Origin: Deltaproteobacteria bacterium
GTDB taxonomy: Bacteria; Desulfobacterota_D; UBA1144; Nemesobacterales; CSP1-2
Length of the DNA stretch: 64,000 bases
NCBI GenBank assembly: GCA_052390235.1
Contig: JBQTHB010000005.1
Location: 320,001-384,000, forward strand
Reading direction: 5' to 3'
Made by a program: the position numbers and the translations under genes. Position 1 is the first letter of the stretch; each line of letters opens with the position of its first letter. Below are positions 51,247-61,408 of the stretch, piece by piece. A model generated the notes under the pieces. The model saw nothing but the letters and a program-made list of their open reading frames with translations. It was not told the origin of the DNA and did no database searches.

Positions 51247-53205
51247 ATGCCCAAAGAATCGAAGCCGATAGAGGATTTGCTGAAGGAGAAAAGGACGTTC
51301 GCCCCCCCGAAGGCGTTTGCCCAGAGTGCGCACGTGAGTGCCGAGGCTGTCTATGAAACCGCCGCGCGCGATAGAGAAGCTTTTTGGGAGGGGTTCGCAG
51401 AGGAGCTTCACTGGTATAAGAAGTGGAACAGGGTATTGGATTGGCACTGTCCCCACTCGAAGTGGTTTGTCGGGGGCAAGCTCAACGTCTCTTTCAACTG
51501 TCTGGACAGGCACATTAAAACGGCGCGTAAAAACAAGGCGGCGGTGATTTGGGAAGGCGAGCCGGGAGACAGGCGCACGCTCACCTATTGGGATTTATAC
51601 TGCGAGGTCAATAAATTCGCAAATGTCCTCTCCCATCTCGGCGTGAAAAAAGGCGATAGAGTCGCTATTTATATGCCCATGATACCCGAAGCCGTCGTAG
51701 CGATGCTTGCCTGCGCGAGGGTCGGCGCCCCGCACAGCGTCGTTTTCGGAGGGTTCAGCGCCGAAAGCCTCAGAGACAGAATCAACGACACTGGGGCAAA
51801 GACGCTCGTCACCGCGGACGGCGGCTGGAGGCGCGGCTCGGTTATTCCGCTCAAGAAAAATGCGGACGAGGCTCTTTCAGGCGCTGAGTCCATAGAAAAA
51901 GTCGTCGTCGTCAGCAGAGTCGGCGAAAAATCCGAAGCGCAGATGAAAAATGGCAGGGATTTTTGGTGGCACGAACTCATGAAAAACGCGCCAGAATACT
52001 TCGAGCCTGCCAAAATGGACGCCGAAGACCCACTATTTATCCTCTACACCAGCGGAAGCACGGGCAAGCCCAAGGGCATAGTTCACACCACGGGAGGGTA
52101 TTTGACCGGGGTCTACGCCACAACGAAGTGGGTATTCGACCTCAAAGAGGAGGACACCTACTGGTGTACCGCCGACATCGGCTGGATTACGGGACACAGC
52201 TACATTGTCTATGGACCCCTTGCAAACGGGGCGACCTCGGTGATGTATGAAGGCTCTCCCGATTTCCCCGGCAAGGACAGGTTCTGGGAGGTCATCGCCA
52301 GGTACGGCGTCTCGATTTTCTACACCGCTCCTACCGCCATCAGAACCTTTATGAAGTGGGGCGAGGAATATCCCAAAAAGCACAATTTGACGAGTCTGCG
52401 GCTTCTCGGAAGTGTCGGCGAGCCGATAAACCCTGAGGCGTGGATGTGGTATCACCTCAACATCGGCGGCAGGCGATGCCCTATTGTTGACACTTGGTGG
52501 CAGACCGAGACGGGGCAGATTTTAATTACCCCTCTTCCCGGAGTTACCAAATTAAAGCCCGCATCGGCGACAAAACCGTTCCCCGGCATTGAAGCCGACG
52601 TCGTGGATGAGAATGGAAATTCAATTAAAGTTGGCGCGGGGTATCTCGTGCTGAAAAGCCCTTGGCCCGGAATGCTTCGGACAATATACGGGGACGACGC
52701 CCGATACGTGAGCCAGTACTGGAGCAGATTCGATGGAATGTACTTCACGGGCGACGGCGCGAAGAGGGATAGGGACGGGTATCTGTGGCTTCTCGGCAGG
52801 GTGGACGACGTTATGAACGTGGCGGGACACAGGGTAAGCACGATGGAGGTCGAAAGCGCGCTCGTTGACCACCCCTCGGTGGCGGAGGCGGCCGTCATAG
52901 GCAAGTCGGACAGTGTCAAAGGGCAGGCGATTTCGGCGTTTGTAACCCTGAAGGAGAAAATCGAGCCGGGCGCGGGGCTCCTAGATGAACTAAAAAAGCA
53001 CGTTGCCAAGAAAATCGGCGCTATTGCCAGACCCGACGACATAATTTTCACTTCCGAGCTTCCCAAGACCAGAAGCGGTAAAATCATGCGCCGCCTACTT
53101 CGAGACATTGCCGAGGGCAGGGCGCTTGGGGACACCACGACCCTTGCCGACCCTTCAGTGGTGAGGAGTCTCAAGGACAAATATGAGGATAAAGAGGGAG
53201 GTTAA
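51247..53205 (+). CDS. acs: Acetyl-CoA synthetase
   Basis: [39 protein letters not shown]. Confidence 0.97.
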   Translation: MPKESKPIEDLLKEKRTFAPPKAFAQSAHVSAEAVYETAARDREAFWEGFAEELHWYKKWNRVLDWHCPHSKWFVGGKLNVSFNCLDRHIKTARKNKAAVIWEGEPGDRRTLTYWDLYCEVNKFANVLSHLGVKKGDRVAIYMPMIPEAVVAMLACARVGAPHSVVFGGFSAESLRDRINDTGAKTLVTADGGWRRGSVIPLKKNADEALSGAESIEKVVVVSRVGEKSEAQMKNGRDFWWHELMKNAPEYFEPAKMDAEDPLFILYTSGSTGKPKGIVHTTGGYLTGVYATTKWVFDLKEEDTYWCTADIGWITGHSYIVYGPLANGATSVMYEGSPDFPGKDRFWEVIARYGVSIFYTAPTAIRTFMKWGEEYPKKHNLTSLRLLGSVGEPINPEAWMWYHLNIGGRRCPIVDTWWQTETGQILITPLPGVTKLKPASATKPFPGIEADVVDENGNSIKVGAGYLVLKSPWPGMLRTIYGDDARYVSQYWSRFDGMYFTGDGAKRDRDGYLWLLGRVDDVMNVAGHRVSTMEVESALVDHPSVAEAAVIGKSDSVKGQAISAFVTLKEKIEPGAGLLDELKKHVAKKIGAIARPDDIIFTSELPKTRSGKIMRRLLRDIAEGRALGDTTTLADPSVVRSLKDKYEDKEGG

Positions 53206-53252
53206 GGGCATTTGTCCTTCCGAAGGGCGGGAGCGATGGAAGAATCACGCTG

Positions 53253-53320
53253 AGATTTCTCGTCTGCGGGTTCGGAATGATAATGTATCGGGGTTGTCAT
53301 TCCCGGTAGAGCGCGAATCT
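53253..53320. repeat. REP-like pair downstream of acs
   Basis: agatttctcg..ggaatgat and gtcattcccgg..gaatct. Confidence 0.6.
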
Positions 53321-53414
53321 GCCGGCTCCATATTCTGGGGGAGGCGGGGCTGATTTGCGGAGATTTCCTTGAATTCTGCCTGCGCTTCAGCTAATTTATC
53401 CTAGGTTTCGACAG

Positions 53415-53657
53415 ATGACAAAAATGATATGGACTCTATTCATTCAGAGATTTCTTGCGAGTTTCGCGGAGCTACTCCTTCGCATCGTGAAAACCCGTCT
53501 CGTTGTCTATGCCGTTTTTCTCGTTCCGTTCCTCATTTTTATATATTCGCTCACGTTTGTCGTCATTACGGCTATGGTGTTAATTATCCTGTTGGTTGTC
53601 GTCCCCATAGCGATGCTTTCAAAAACCAAAACCCTCGCTTTTCTCAGCGGGAAATAG
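53415..53657 (+). CDS. Small hydrophobic membrane protein
   Basis: Long hydrophobic stretch; fills the gap before uppS; no clear RBS. Confidence 0.5.
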   Translation: MTKMIWTLFIQRFLASFAELLLRIVKTRLVVYAVFLVPFLIFIYSLTFVVITAMVLIILLVVVPIAMLSKTKTLAFLSGK

Positions 53658-53724
53658 AATTCGGTTGATCTCCACGCCTCTTTCGGTATTTTTAAGCCAG
53701 TCCCAGTGTTATAATTAACGACGG

Positions 53725-54474
53725 ATGAAGCCAAAATTAGAATCGCTCATTGATAAAGCCAAAGTTCCGAACCATGTAGTCATCATCATGGATGGCAACG
53801 GACGCTGGGCAAAGGGGCGCGGCATAGACCGCATCGGGGGGCATTTCGAGGGGATGAAATCCGTTAAAGCCGCCGTTAAAGCTGCAATGAGCTTGGGCGT
53901 AAAGCACCTCACACTCTACGCCTTCTCCGCCCAGAATTGGCATCGCCCCAAGGACGAGGTCAACGCCCTCATGGAGCTTCTAAGGGAATATCTCACGAAA
54001 GAGTGCGCAAATCTAATCAAAAAAGGGATACGCCTCAAAGCCATCGGCAGGCTATCGGAGCTTCCGCAGGATTCGAGATTGGCTCTTTTTAATGCCATGG
54101 AAAGGACGAAGAGATGCTCGGAGATGACCCTTACGCTTGCCCTAAGCTATGGAGGGCGCGAAGAAATAGTTGATGCTGTCCGCAAAATCTTATCGAGCGG
54201 GCTATCCGCAGAAGGGCTGAGCGAGGAGAAATTCTCGGAGTTTCTCTACACCGCAGACCTGCCTGAGCCGGATTTTCTCATCCGCACGAGCGGCGAGATG
54301 AGGCTCTCGAATTTTCTGCTATGGCAACTTGCATACGCCGAGATTTACGTTACAAATACCCTTTGGCCAGATTTTAGGCGCAGGCACTTTCTCAGGGCGA
54401 TTCTCGATTATCAAAAACGCGAGAGGCGATTCGGTCTTACCAGCGAGCAATTGATAAAAAGGGAAGCGTCGTGA
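53725..54474 (+). CDS. uppS: Undecaprenyl diphosphate synthase
   Basis: IMDGNGRWA, YAFSAQNW, YGGREE, RTSGEMRLSNFLLWQ. Confidence 0.97.
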   Translation: MKPKLESLIDKAKVPNHVVIIMDGNGRWAKGRGIDRIGGHFEGMKSVKAAVKAAMSLGVKHLTLYAFSAQNWHRPKDEVNALMELLREYLTKECANLIKKGIRLKAIGRLSELPQDSRLALFNAMERTKRCSEMTLTLALSYGGREEIVDAVRKILSSGLSAEGLSEEKFSEFLYTADLPEPDFLIRTSGEMRLSNFLLWQLAYAEIYVTNTLWPDFRRRHFLRAILDYQKRERRFGLTSEQLIKREAS

Positions 54475-55631
54475 AGAATATCTCAGTTCTCGGCTCAACC
54501 GGCTCAATTGGACGCCAAACGCTCGAAGTAATCTCTATGTTCCCTGAAAAATTTAGGGTGTCTGGGCTTGCGGCTGGCAAAAATTCCGCGCTTCTCAAGG
54601 AGCAAATCCTCAAATTCAAGCCCGTTGTAGTCTCTGTCCAGGACGAGGGCTATGCCCGCGCTCTCTCATCGGAGCTTCGGGGATTGCGCGTTGAAGTGCT
54701 GTGTGGAGAGTCGGGAGCGGAAGCCGTTGCCTCTGAGTCCGGCGCGGATGTGGTTGTTTCGGCTATGGTCGGCGCGGCTGGCTTAAAGCCTACGATAGCG
54801 GCGGCGCGGGCAGGCAGGAATATCGCCCTTGCCAATAAAGAAGCGCTCGTCATGGCAGGCGCGATTTTAATTGACGAGGCGGCGCGGCGCAAGATTGATA
54901 TACTCCCCGTTGACAGCGAACACAGCGCCATTCTTCAAGCCCTCGGAGCGAACGGGCGCGAGTGCGTAAAGCGGCTCATTCTCACGGCTTCAGGGGGCCC
55001 ATTTTTGAGAACCTCGGCGGATAGGCTCGAAAATGTGAGCATCGAGGCGGCGCTGAATCATCCGACATGGAAAATGGGCAAGAAAATCACAATTGACTCT
55101 GCTACCCTTATGAACAAGGGATTCGAGGTGATAGAGGCAAAATGGCTCTTCGGCACGGATGCCCGCAACATTTCCGTCTGGATTCACCCTCAGAGCATCG
55201 TCCATTCGATGGTTGAATTTCACGACGGCTCGATAATTGCCCAAATGGGGCTTCCCGATATGAGGATTCCAATATCCTACGCAATGTCCTATCCCGATAG
55301 GATGCCGATGAACCGAAACCGGGCGTCTGCCGCAGATTTTGGGGGACTCACGTTTGAAGATGCCGATGTCGGGCAATTCCCCGCCCTCTCGCTGGCTTAT
55401 TCCGCCCTCGAAGAGGGGGGGACGATGCCCGCGGCAATGAACGGAGCGAACGAGGCGGCGGTATCTGCCTTTCTCGAAGGCAGAATCGGGTTTACGCAAA
55501 TCATCGCAACCGTCGCGCGGGTTATGGACAAGCACATACCGCTTGCGGGAAGCGAGCTTTCCCATGTGCTGGAGGCTGACTTGTGGGCTAGGAGAGCCGC
55601 AGAGGCGGTCATAGACGGCCGCGGCATTTAA
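54471..55631 (+). CDS. dxr: 1-deoxy-D-xylulose-5-phosphate reductoisomerase
   Basis: LGSTGSIG, LANKE, PVDSEH, TASGGPF, DSATLMNKG; GTGA overlap with uppS. Confidence 0.97.
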   Translation: MKNISVLGSTGSIGRQTLEVISMFPEKFRVSGLAAGKNSALLKEQILKFKPVVVSVQDEGYARALSSELRGLRVEVLCGESGAEAVASESGADVVVSAMVGAAGLKPTIAAARAGRNIALANKEALVMAGAILIDEAARRKIDILPVDSEHSAILQALGANGRECVKRLILTASGGPFLRTSADRLENVSIEAALNHPTWKMGKKITIDSATLMNKGFEVIEAKWLFGTDARNISVWIHPQSIVHSMVEFHDGSIIAQMGLPDMRIPISYAMSYPDRMPMNRNRASAADFGGLTFEDADVGQFPALSLAYSALEEGGTMPAAMNGANEAAVSAFLEGRIGFTQIIATVARVMDKHIPLAGSELSHVLEADLWARRAAEAVIDGRGI

Positions 55632-55672
55632 CTGCGCGCCTAAATTAATTTAGTTAGGGAGAATCAACAATA

Positions 55673-57262
55673 ATGACAATTCTAGCTTTTCTTTTCGTGA
55701 TTGGAATTTTGGTTTTCATCCACGAGCTGGGGCATTTTCTCGTCGCCAAGTGGAGCGGCGTGAGGGTCGAGAGATTTTCTCTGGGATTTGGGAAGAAGCT
55801 CCTCGGCTTCAGGCGCGGGGAGACCGAGTATTTAATATCCCTACTGCCATTTGGCGGATATGTGAAGATGTACGGCGAGGGCGCTGAGGGGAATTTCATT
55901 ATGGACGCCGTCGCCCGCGGCTCGAAAGCCGATAAAGCGGGGTTCCAGCCCGGAGATAAAATCCTCAAAATCGAAGGGGTCGAAATCTCCGCTCTTTCCC
56001 AGTGGAGGGATATTGCCTCGGCGCTTGAAGCCGAGCGGGAGTACCCATTTACCGTCGAGCGGGACGAGAGAGAGGTGAAAATCAGGGCAAGGGCGGAGGA
56101 TTTGGACGGCACCCGCGGCTTCTCGGCGAAGGACTATCCCAGGAGCTTCTCGAGTCAGCCGCTACTGAACCGCTTTCTCATCGTCGTGGCTGGGCCATTT
56201 ATGAACTTTATACTCCCATTCGTGTTTCTGCCTATAGTGCTTTTCATCGGCATTAGCGCCCCTGCATATCTCGAGCGCGCGGCTGAGATAGGCTACGTCG
56301 AGCCTGAGTCCTCGGGGCAAGTGGCAGGATTCCAAAAGGGCGACGTTATAGTTGAAATTGACGGCAGGGAGATTGCCAACTGGAGAGATGCCAATATCGG
56401 CTTCCAATCGAACCCCGACGCCGTGCTGAACGTGGTCGTCGAAAGGGAGGGGGTGGAGCAGTCGCTTGAGGTTAAAGCCGCCGCCACATCCGACGGAGTG
56501 GTTTCTGTCGGGCTAGGAGAGACCCTAGAAGCCAAGATAGACAGCGTTGTGCCTGGCACTCCCGCCGAGAGAGCAGGCGTCGCCGCCGGAGATAAAATAG
56601 TCGCAATTGACGGCGCGCCGGTTTCGGATTGGTACGCGATGGCGTCGCTCATAAGAAAAAAAACGGGCGAAGAGGTATCCGTTACCATCGAGAGGGCGGG
56701 CGAGCGGGTTGAGCTTAAAATCACCCCGGAGGCTATAGGCGAGGGAGGGCAGGGGGCGATAGGAATCACGCCGGCAAGAGAGGAGATAATTAAGAAATAC
56801 GGGATGCTTGAGTCCCTCGTGGAGGGCGTGAAAGAAGCCGCCAATATGCTCTACGAGGTTACCGTGCTACTGCTGACGTTCCTCTATAAGCTCATCACGG
56901 GAAAAATCTCGCTCGGAGCGGCGGGAAAGACCATCGCAGGCCCCCTTCTAATTGCCAAGGTGTCAGGGGCGGCGGCTGAAAGCGGCATTGCGCCTCTGCT
57001 TCAGTTCACCTGTTTCATCAGTATAAATCTGGGGCTTATCAACTTGCTCCCAATCCCAATGCTCGACGGCGGGCATATTCTCTACATGGGGATAGAGGCC
57101 GTAAAGCGCCGCCCGCTTAGCCAGAAGAGCCTTGAAATCAGCCAGCGCATCGGCTTTAGCTTCCTGATATTTATAATGTTTATAGCGCTTTATAACGATA
57201 TTTCGAGACTCAAAGGGTCAATTTTAGAATCCCTAAGCCGCCTGACTGAGGTCTTCAGATAG
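55673..57262 (+). CDS. rseP: RIP metalloprotease RseP with three PDZ-like segments
   Basis: HELGH, GGYVKM, AGPFMN, NLLPIPMLDGG. Confidence 0.95.
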   Translation: MTILAFLFVIGILVFIHELGHFLVAKWSGVRVERFSLGFGKKLLGFRRGETEYLISLLPFGGYVKMYGEGAEGNFIMDAVARGSKADKAGFQPGDKILKIEGVEISALSQWRDIASALEAEREYPFTVERDEREVKIRARAEDLDGTRGFSAKDYPRSFSSQPLLNRFLIVVAGPFMNFILPFVFLPIVLFIGISAPAYLERAAEIGYVEPESSGQVAGFQKGDVIVEIDGREIANWRDANIGFQSNPDAVLNVVVEREGVEQSLEVKAAATSDGVVSVGLGETLEAKIDSVVPGTPAERAGVAAGDKIVAIDGAPVSDWYAMASLIRKKTGEEVSVTIERAGERVELKITPEAIGEGGQGAIGITPAREEIIKKYGMLESLVEGVKEAANMLYEVTVLLLTFLYKLITGKISLGAAGKTIAGPLLIAKVSGAAAESGIAPLLQFTCFISINLGLINLLPIPMLDGGHILYMGIEAVKRRPLSQKSLEISQRIGFSFLIFIMFIALYNDISRLKGSILESLSRLTEVFR

Positions 57263-57304
57263 CCGCGGGATTTGTAATTTATCCACTGGCAGGAGCGGCT
57301 CGAT

Positions 57305-58210
57305 ATGGGATTATTTAAATTCCGCAAACGCTGGGCTGACACGCGCCCTACGAAAGAGGGGCTGACGTTCTTGGGGCTGACGCTATTTGTCGGGTTCGCC
57401 GCGCTCAATACGGGCAATAACCTGCTATATCTCGTATTTGGTATGATGCTCAGTTTCATCGCCGCATCCGGCATTATCTCTACGGTGAATCTGGCGAAAC
57501 TGCGCGTTCGTTTCGAGCCGCCCTCGGATGTTTTTGCCCTCTCGCCGACTGTGTTTAAATTCAACGTGGCGAATCTGAAGACCTATCTTCCGTCCTATTC
57601 GCTCACCATCGCCGTTGACGGGAGAAAGACTTACATCCCCTATCTGCCGCCCAAAACCTCGAAAACCGCCCTGCTCGAGTATCTATTCAAACGCCGGGGG
57701 GTCAGCCGCATCTCCGATGTCGAGCTTTATACGCGCTTTCCTTTCGGGTTCTTTAAAAAAGTGGTTAGTGTTGAACTTGGCGAAGACGAGAATATTTTGG
57801 TCTATCCAAAAATTGAGAGTATCAGCGCGGAATCGGACGATTTTGAGAGTAAATTCGGGGAGACTGAGTCCGAGAGGCTCGGCTTTGGGAGCGACCTGCG
57901 CTCCATCAGGCTCTACAAGGACGGAGACAATCCAAAACTCATTCACTGGAGAACGACGGCAAAGTACGGGAAGATGTTTCTACGCGAGCTAGATGAGGAC
58001 GAATCCAAAAGCGTCATTGTCGAATTTACGCCGCCGAGGGATAAAGCGGGGCTTGAGCGGGAGATTGTCCGCACGGCCTCTGTGCTGGTGGATTTAGCCG
58101 GGCGCGGCTTCGAGGTTGAATTCGTCGCTCCGGGCGAGGCGTTTGCCCCGGCTCAGCCGGGCAGATTCCCTCGCCCCGCCCTCAGATACCTAGCCCTGTT
58201 CGGCTCCTAG
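57305..58210 (+). CDS. DUF58 domain protein
   Basis: NTGNNLLY, TRFPFG, LVYP, RLYKDGD..IHWRTTAK. Confidence 0.85.
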   Translation: MGLFKFRKRWADTRPTKEGLTFLGLTLFVGFAALNTGNNLLYLVFGMMLSFIAASGIISTVNLAKLRVRFEPPSDVFALSPTVFKFNVANLKTYLPSYSLTIAVDGRKTYIPYLPPKTSKTALLEYLFKRRGVSRISDVELYTRFPFGFFKKVVSVELGEDENILVYPKIESISAESDDFESKFGETESERLGFGSDLRSIRLYKDGDNPKLIHWRTTAKYGKMFLRELDEDESKSVIVEFTPPRDKAGLEREIVRTASVLVDLAGRGFEVEFVAPGEAFAPAQPGRFPRPALRYLALFGS

Positions 58211-58239
58211 ATTCCCCATCCCCCTCAGCTCGAAATGAC
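58209..58239. repeat. REP-like unit between convergent genes
   Basis: agattccccatccccctcagctcgaaatgac. Confidence 0.55.
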
Positions 58240-58260
58240 AAAGCGCTCCGCGCCTGCGCA

Positions 58261-58980
58261 TCACTCCAGCGTCTCGCCGGGCTTGAGCGCGATAATCTCC
58301 ATCTCCTGCATATCTTTTGTGAGTTCTCTGAGTTCCTGTGGAGTGCCGGTCAAAATCGGGAACGTCCCGTAGTGCATCGGGATAACGTACCTCGGGTTTA
58401 GGAAACGGCACGCATAAGACGCCTCAAGCGGGGACATCGTAAACCAATCGCCTATGGGCATGATAACGAGTTCGGGCTTATAGATTTCGGCGATGAGCTT
58501 TAGGTCGCTAAAGAGGTTTGTGTCGCCCATGTGGTAGATTTTAAAGCCGTTTTCAAGCTCGATGACATATCCCCCCGGCTCGCCTCCATAGACGAGGTTT
58601 CCATTCTCATCAATGATGCCGCTTGAGTGCTGGGCATGGGTCATGGTAAATTTTATCCCCGCCACGACCTGTCCCCCGCCCTTGTTCATGCCGGAGCAGT
58701 TTTGAACCCCTTTAGAGCCGAGCCACTGGCAGATTTCCCAGTTCGCCACGACGGTCGGTTTGTGCTGGTTGGCTAGGGCTATAGCGTCTGCCATGTGGTC
58801 AAAATGTCCGTGTGTAATGGCAATAACGTCGAGCTTGTCGAAGGTTTTCAAATTGTCGGGACAGGCGGGATTTCCTCCCACCCAAGGGTCAATGAGGACT
58901 GTCCTGCCGCCGGGGGAGGTTATCTTGAAAGTGGAGTGTCCGAGGAAGGTTATTTGCGCTCCTCTGTTGAGTTTGCCCAT
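58261..58980 (-). CDS. UPF0173 metal-dependent hydrolase (MBL fold)
   Basis: GHSTF, IDPW, THGHFDH, HSS, YHMGDT, PMHYGTF. Confidence 0.92.
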   Translation of the reverse strand: MGKLNRGAQITFLGHSTFKITSPGGRTVLIDPWVGGNPACPDNLKTFDKLDVIAITHGHFDHMADAIALANQHKPTVVANWEICQWLGSKGVQNCSGMNKGGGQVVAGIKFTMTHAQHSSGIIDENGNLVYGGEPGGYVIELENGFKIYHMGDTNLFSDLKLIAEIYKPELVIMPIGDWFTMSPLEASYACRFLNPRYVIPMHYGTFPILTGTPQELRELTKDMQEMEIIALKPGETLE

Positions 58981-59110
58981 AACAGATGTCTCCTTTTTAT
59001 GATTTTTTTGCCCCTGTATAATAGCAGATTGAAATTTTTATGGAACACAGTTTTTTCGCTCTCCGGCGGGTTTATGCGGGCAAGCTAATTTCGGTTAAAA
59101 TACCGGGGTA

Positions 59111-60007
59111 ATGTCAAACCCCCGCGACACTCAAACCCTCCTCACCGAGAAAATCAACCCCCGCACTGTTGATATTGACCAAGCCTCAACGCCCGACATT
59201 ATCAGGATGATTTGCGAGGAAGACAGCCGCATTGCGGGCGAGGTGGCGAGGCAGTCTCACAGCATTGCCCGCGCCGTGGACATAATTGTGGAGCGGATGC
59301 AGGCGGGAGGGCGGCTTATTTTTGTCGGAGCCGGAACGAGCGGCAGGCTCGGCGTGATGGAAGCCGCCGAATGCCCTCCCACTTTCGGCACGCCGCCTGG
59401 GTTAATCCAAGGGGTGATAGCCGGGGGTAGGGAAGCCGTTTGGCGCTCCATTGAAGGGGCTGAGGACTCGGCTGAGGACTCAGCGCGGGAACTGTCCCAT
59501 CTGGCATTGGCTGAAGTGGACGTTGTAGTCGCAGTTGCGGCGAGCGCGACGACGCCCTTTGCCGAGGGGGCGCTCAAATACGCAGTAACTAGGGGATGCG
59601 CGCGGATACTCGTTACCTGCAACCCCTACGAGTCCCCCATTGCCGACGTTACCATCTCCGTCGTCGTCGGGCAGGAGGTCATTTTAGGCTCGACGAGGAT
59701 GAAGGCAGGAACGGCTACGAAAATGGTTCTCAATATGCTCACCACGGCGGCGATGATTCGCATGGGAAAGACGTATGGAAACCTCATGGTTGACGTGCAG
59801 CCAAATTCCCTAAAACTCCGAGACAGGGCGAGGCGAATCGTGATGCACATACTCGGCGTAGGCTTAGGGGAAGCCGAAAAACTGCTTGGGGAGTCGGGCT
59901 GGAACATTAAAGCCGCAGTCCTCATGGAGAGAAAACAATTGACACTCCGCGAAGCCGAGGAGCTTCTCGCCTTCCATAAGGGTTTTTTGAGGGACGCGCT
60001 GGGATAG
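59111..60007 (+). CDS. murQ: N-acetylmuramic acid 6-phosphate etherase
   Basis: GAGTSGRLG, ECPPTFG, EGAED, GSTRMKAGTATKMVLN. Confidence 0.96.
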   Translation: MSNPRDTQTLLTEKINPRTVDIDQASTPDIIRMICEEDSRIAGEVARQSHSIARAVDIIVERMQAGGRLIFVGAGTSGRLGVMEAAECPPTFGTPPGLIQGVIAGGREAVWRSIEGAEDSAEDSARELSHLALAEVDVVVAVAASATTPFAEGALKYAVTRGCARILVTCNPYESPIADVTISVVVGQEVILGSTRMKAGTATKMVLNMLTTAAMIRMGKTYGNLMVDVQPNSLKLRDRARRIVMHILGVGLGEAEKLLGESGWNIKAAVLMERKQLTLREAEELLAFHKGFLRDALG

Positions 60008-60168
60008 CCCGAAGTATCCCCATCTTGAGAGGCAATTTAGGCTTGTGGTATCAGTCCCGAAGGGGCTAACCCTCACAGTGGGCGGAGTCACGCTGTGTAT
60101 TCCTATTTTCGCGAGAATGGCAAATAGCTCTGCCGGATTCGGGGGTGGTGGTGGTGGATAAATTCTAA

Positions 60169-61335
60169 ATGCAATTACTTAGCTCAATTATCGCAAAGAG
60201 GCGGCGGCTTGTCGTCGGGCTTATGTCCGGCACTTCTATGGACGGGATTGACGCCGCATTAGTTGAAATCCAATACTCCGGCGTTGAAACGCGTCTGCAT
60301 CTAATTGACTTTCTGTGCATCCCATACGGGGCGAATCTTCTGGCGAGGCTCCGGGGCATTCGCACGGTCGAGGACGTATCGGAACTCAATTTTCTCGTGG
60401 GGGAGGCGTTTGCCAGCGCCGCCCTGCTGCTGATTCGAGAGGCCGGCTTCTCCCCAAGGGATGTTGACCTCGTCGGCTCTCACGGGCAGACAGTTTTTCA
60501 TAACCCCCCGTCGCACAAAAAGGGCGCCCCCTCGACGCTTCAGCTCGGCGAGCCGGACGTTATTGCCGAGCGCACTGGGATAGCCACTGTTGGAGATTTC
60601 AGAACCCGCGATGTTGCCGCAGGGGGCGAGGGCGCGCCGCTCGTCCCATACGCCGATTTCATAATGTTTCGGGAATTCGGCAGGGTGCGCATCGCTCAAA
60701 ACATCGGCGGCATAGCCAATCTCACGCTGGTCGCCGATGATATAGACGAGGTTATCGCATTCGACACGGGCCCCGGCAATATGCCGATGGATAGAGTCAT
60801 AGTGTTGGCGACGGGCGGCAATCGAAATTATGACAGAGGCGCGCAGGTAGCCCTCGGCGGCAGGGTTGACGAGGGGCTTTTTCGGGATTTGCTCTCGCAC
60901 CCCTATTTTGAGACGCCGCCCCCAAAATCCACAGGGGCGGAGGTTTTTGGGGATGAATTCGCATCGAAACTCTACGCTTTAGCCCAGAGCGGTAAAATCT
61001 CGCTCGCGGATTTAATGAGAACCCTCGCCGAGCTTACGGTTGAAACCATAGCCCGCGCCTACGAGAGGTTCATCTTCCCAAAATGGAAGGTGTCGGAGGT
61101 GATTCTAAGCGGCGGCGGAACGTACAATCCGCTCCTCGTTGGGAGGCTCGCCGAGAGGCTAGGGGAGGGGGTAAGGCTCTCGAAATCGGATAAATTCGGC
61201 GTTCCATCGGACGCGAAAGAAGCCATTGCCTTCGCGGTGCTGGCGAACGAGCTTATATCCGGCAATTGCGCCAATCTGCCCAAGGTTACGGGCGCGGCGC
61301 GGCGCGTTCCGCTTGGGAAAATTGCCCTAGCATGA
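60169..61335 (+). CDS. anmK: Anhydro-N-acetylmuramic acid kinase
   Basis: GLMSGTSMDGID, GSHGQT, DFR..D..AGGEGAPL, NIGGIAN, FDTGPGN, KEAIAFA. Confidence 0.96.
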   Translation: MQLLSSIIAKRRRLVVGLMSGTSMDGIDAALVEIQYSGVETRLHLIDFLCIPYGANLLARLRGIRTVEDVSELNFLVGEAFASAALLLIREAGFSPRDVDLVGSHGQTVFHNPPSHKKGAPSTLQLGEPDVIAERTGIATVGDFRTRDVAAGGEGAPLVPYADFIMFREFGRVRIAQNIGGIANLTLVADDIDEVIAFDTGPGNMPMDRVIVLATGGNRNYDRGAQVALGGRVDEGLFRDLLSHPYFETPPPKSTGAEVFGDEFASKLYALAQSGKISLADLMRTLAELTVETIARAYERFIFPKWKVSEVILSGGGTYNPLLVGRLAERLGEGVRLSKSDKFGVPSDAKEAIAFAVLANELISGNCANLPKVTGAARRVPLGKIALA

Positions 61336-61408
61336 GAATTGAGGGGTGGTTAACGCGCTCGGAATAATGAGGAACGGGCAATGTAGCCGCTATAACCTTG
61401 TTAGAGGC

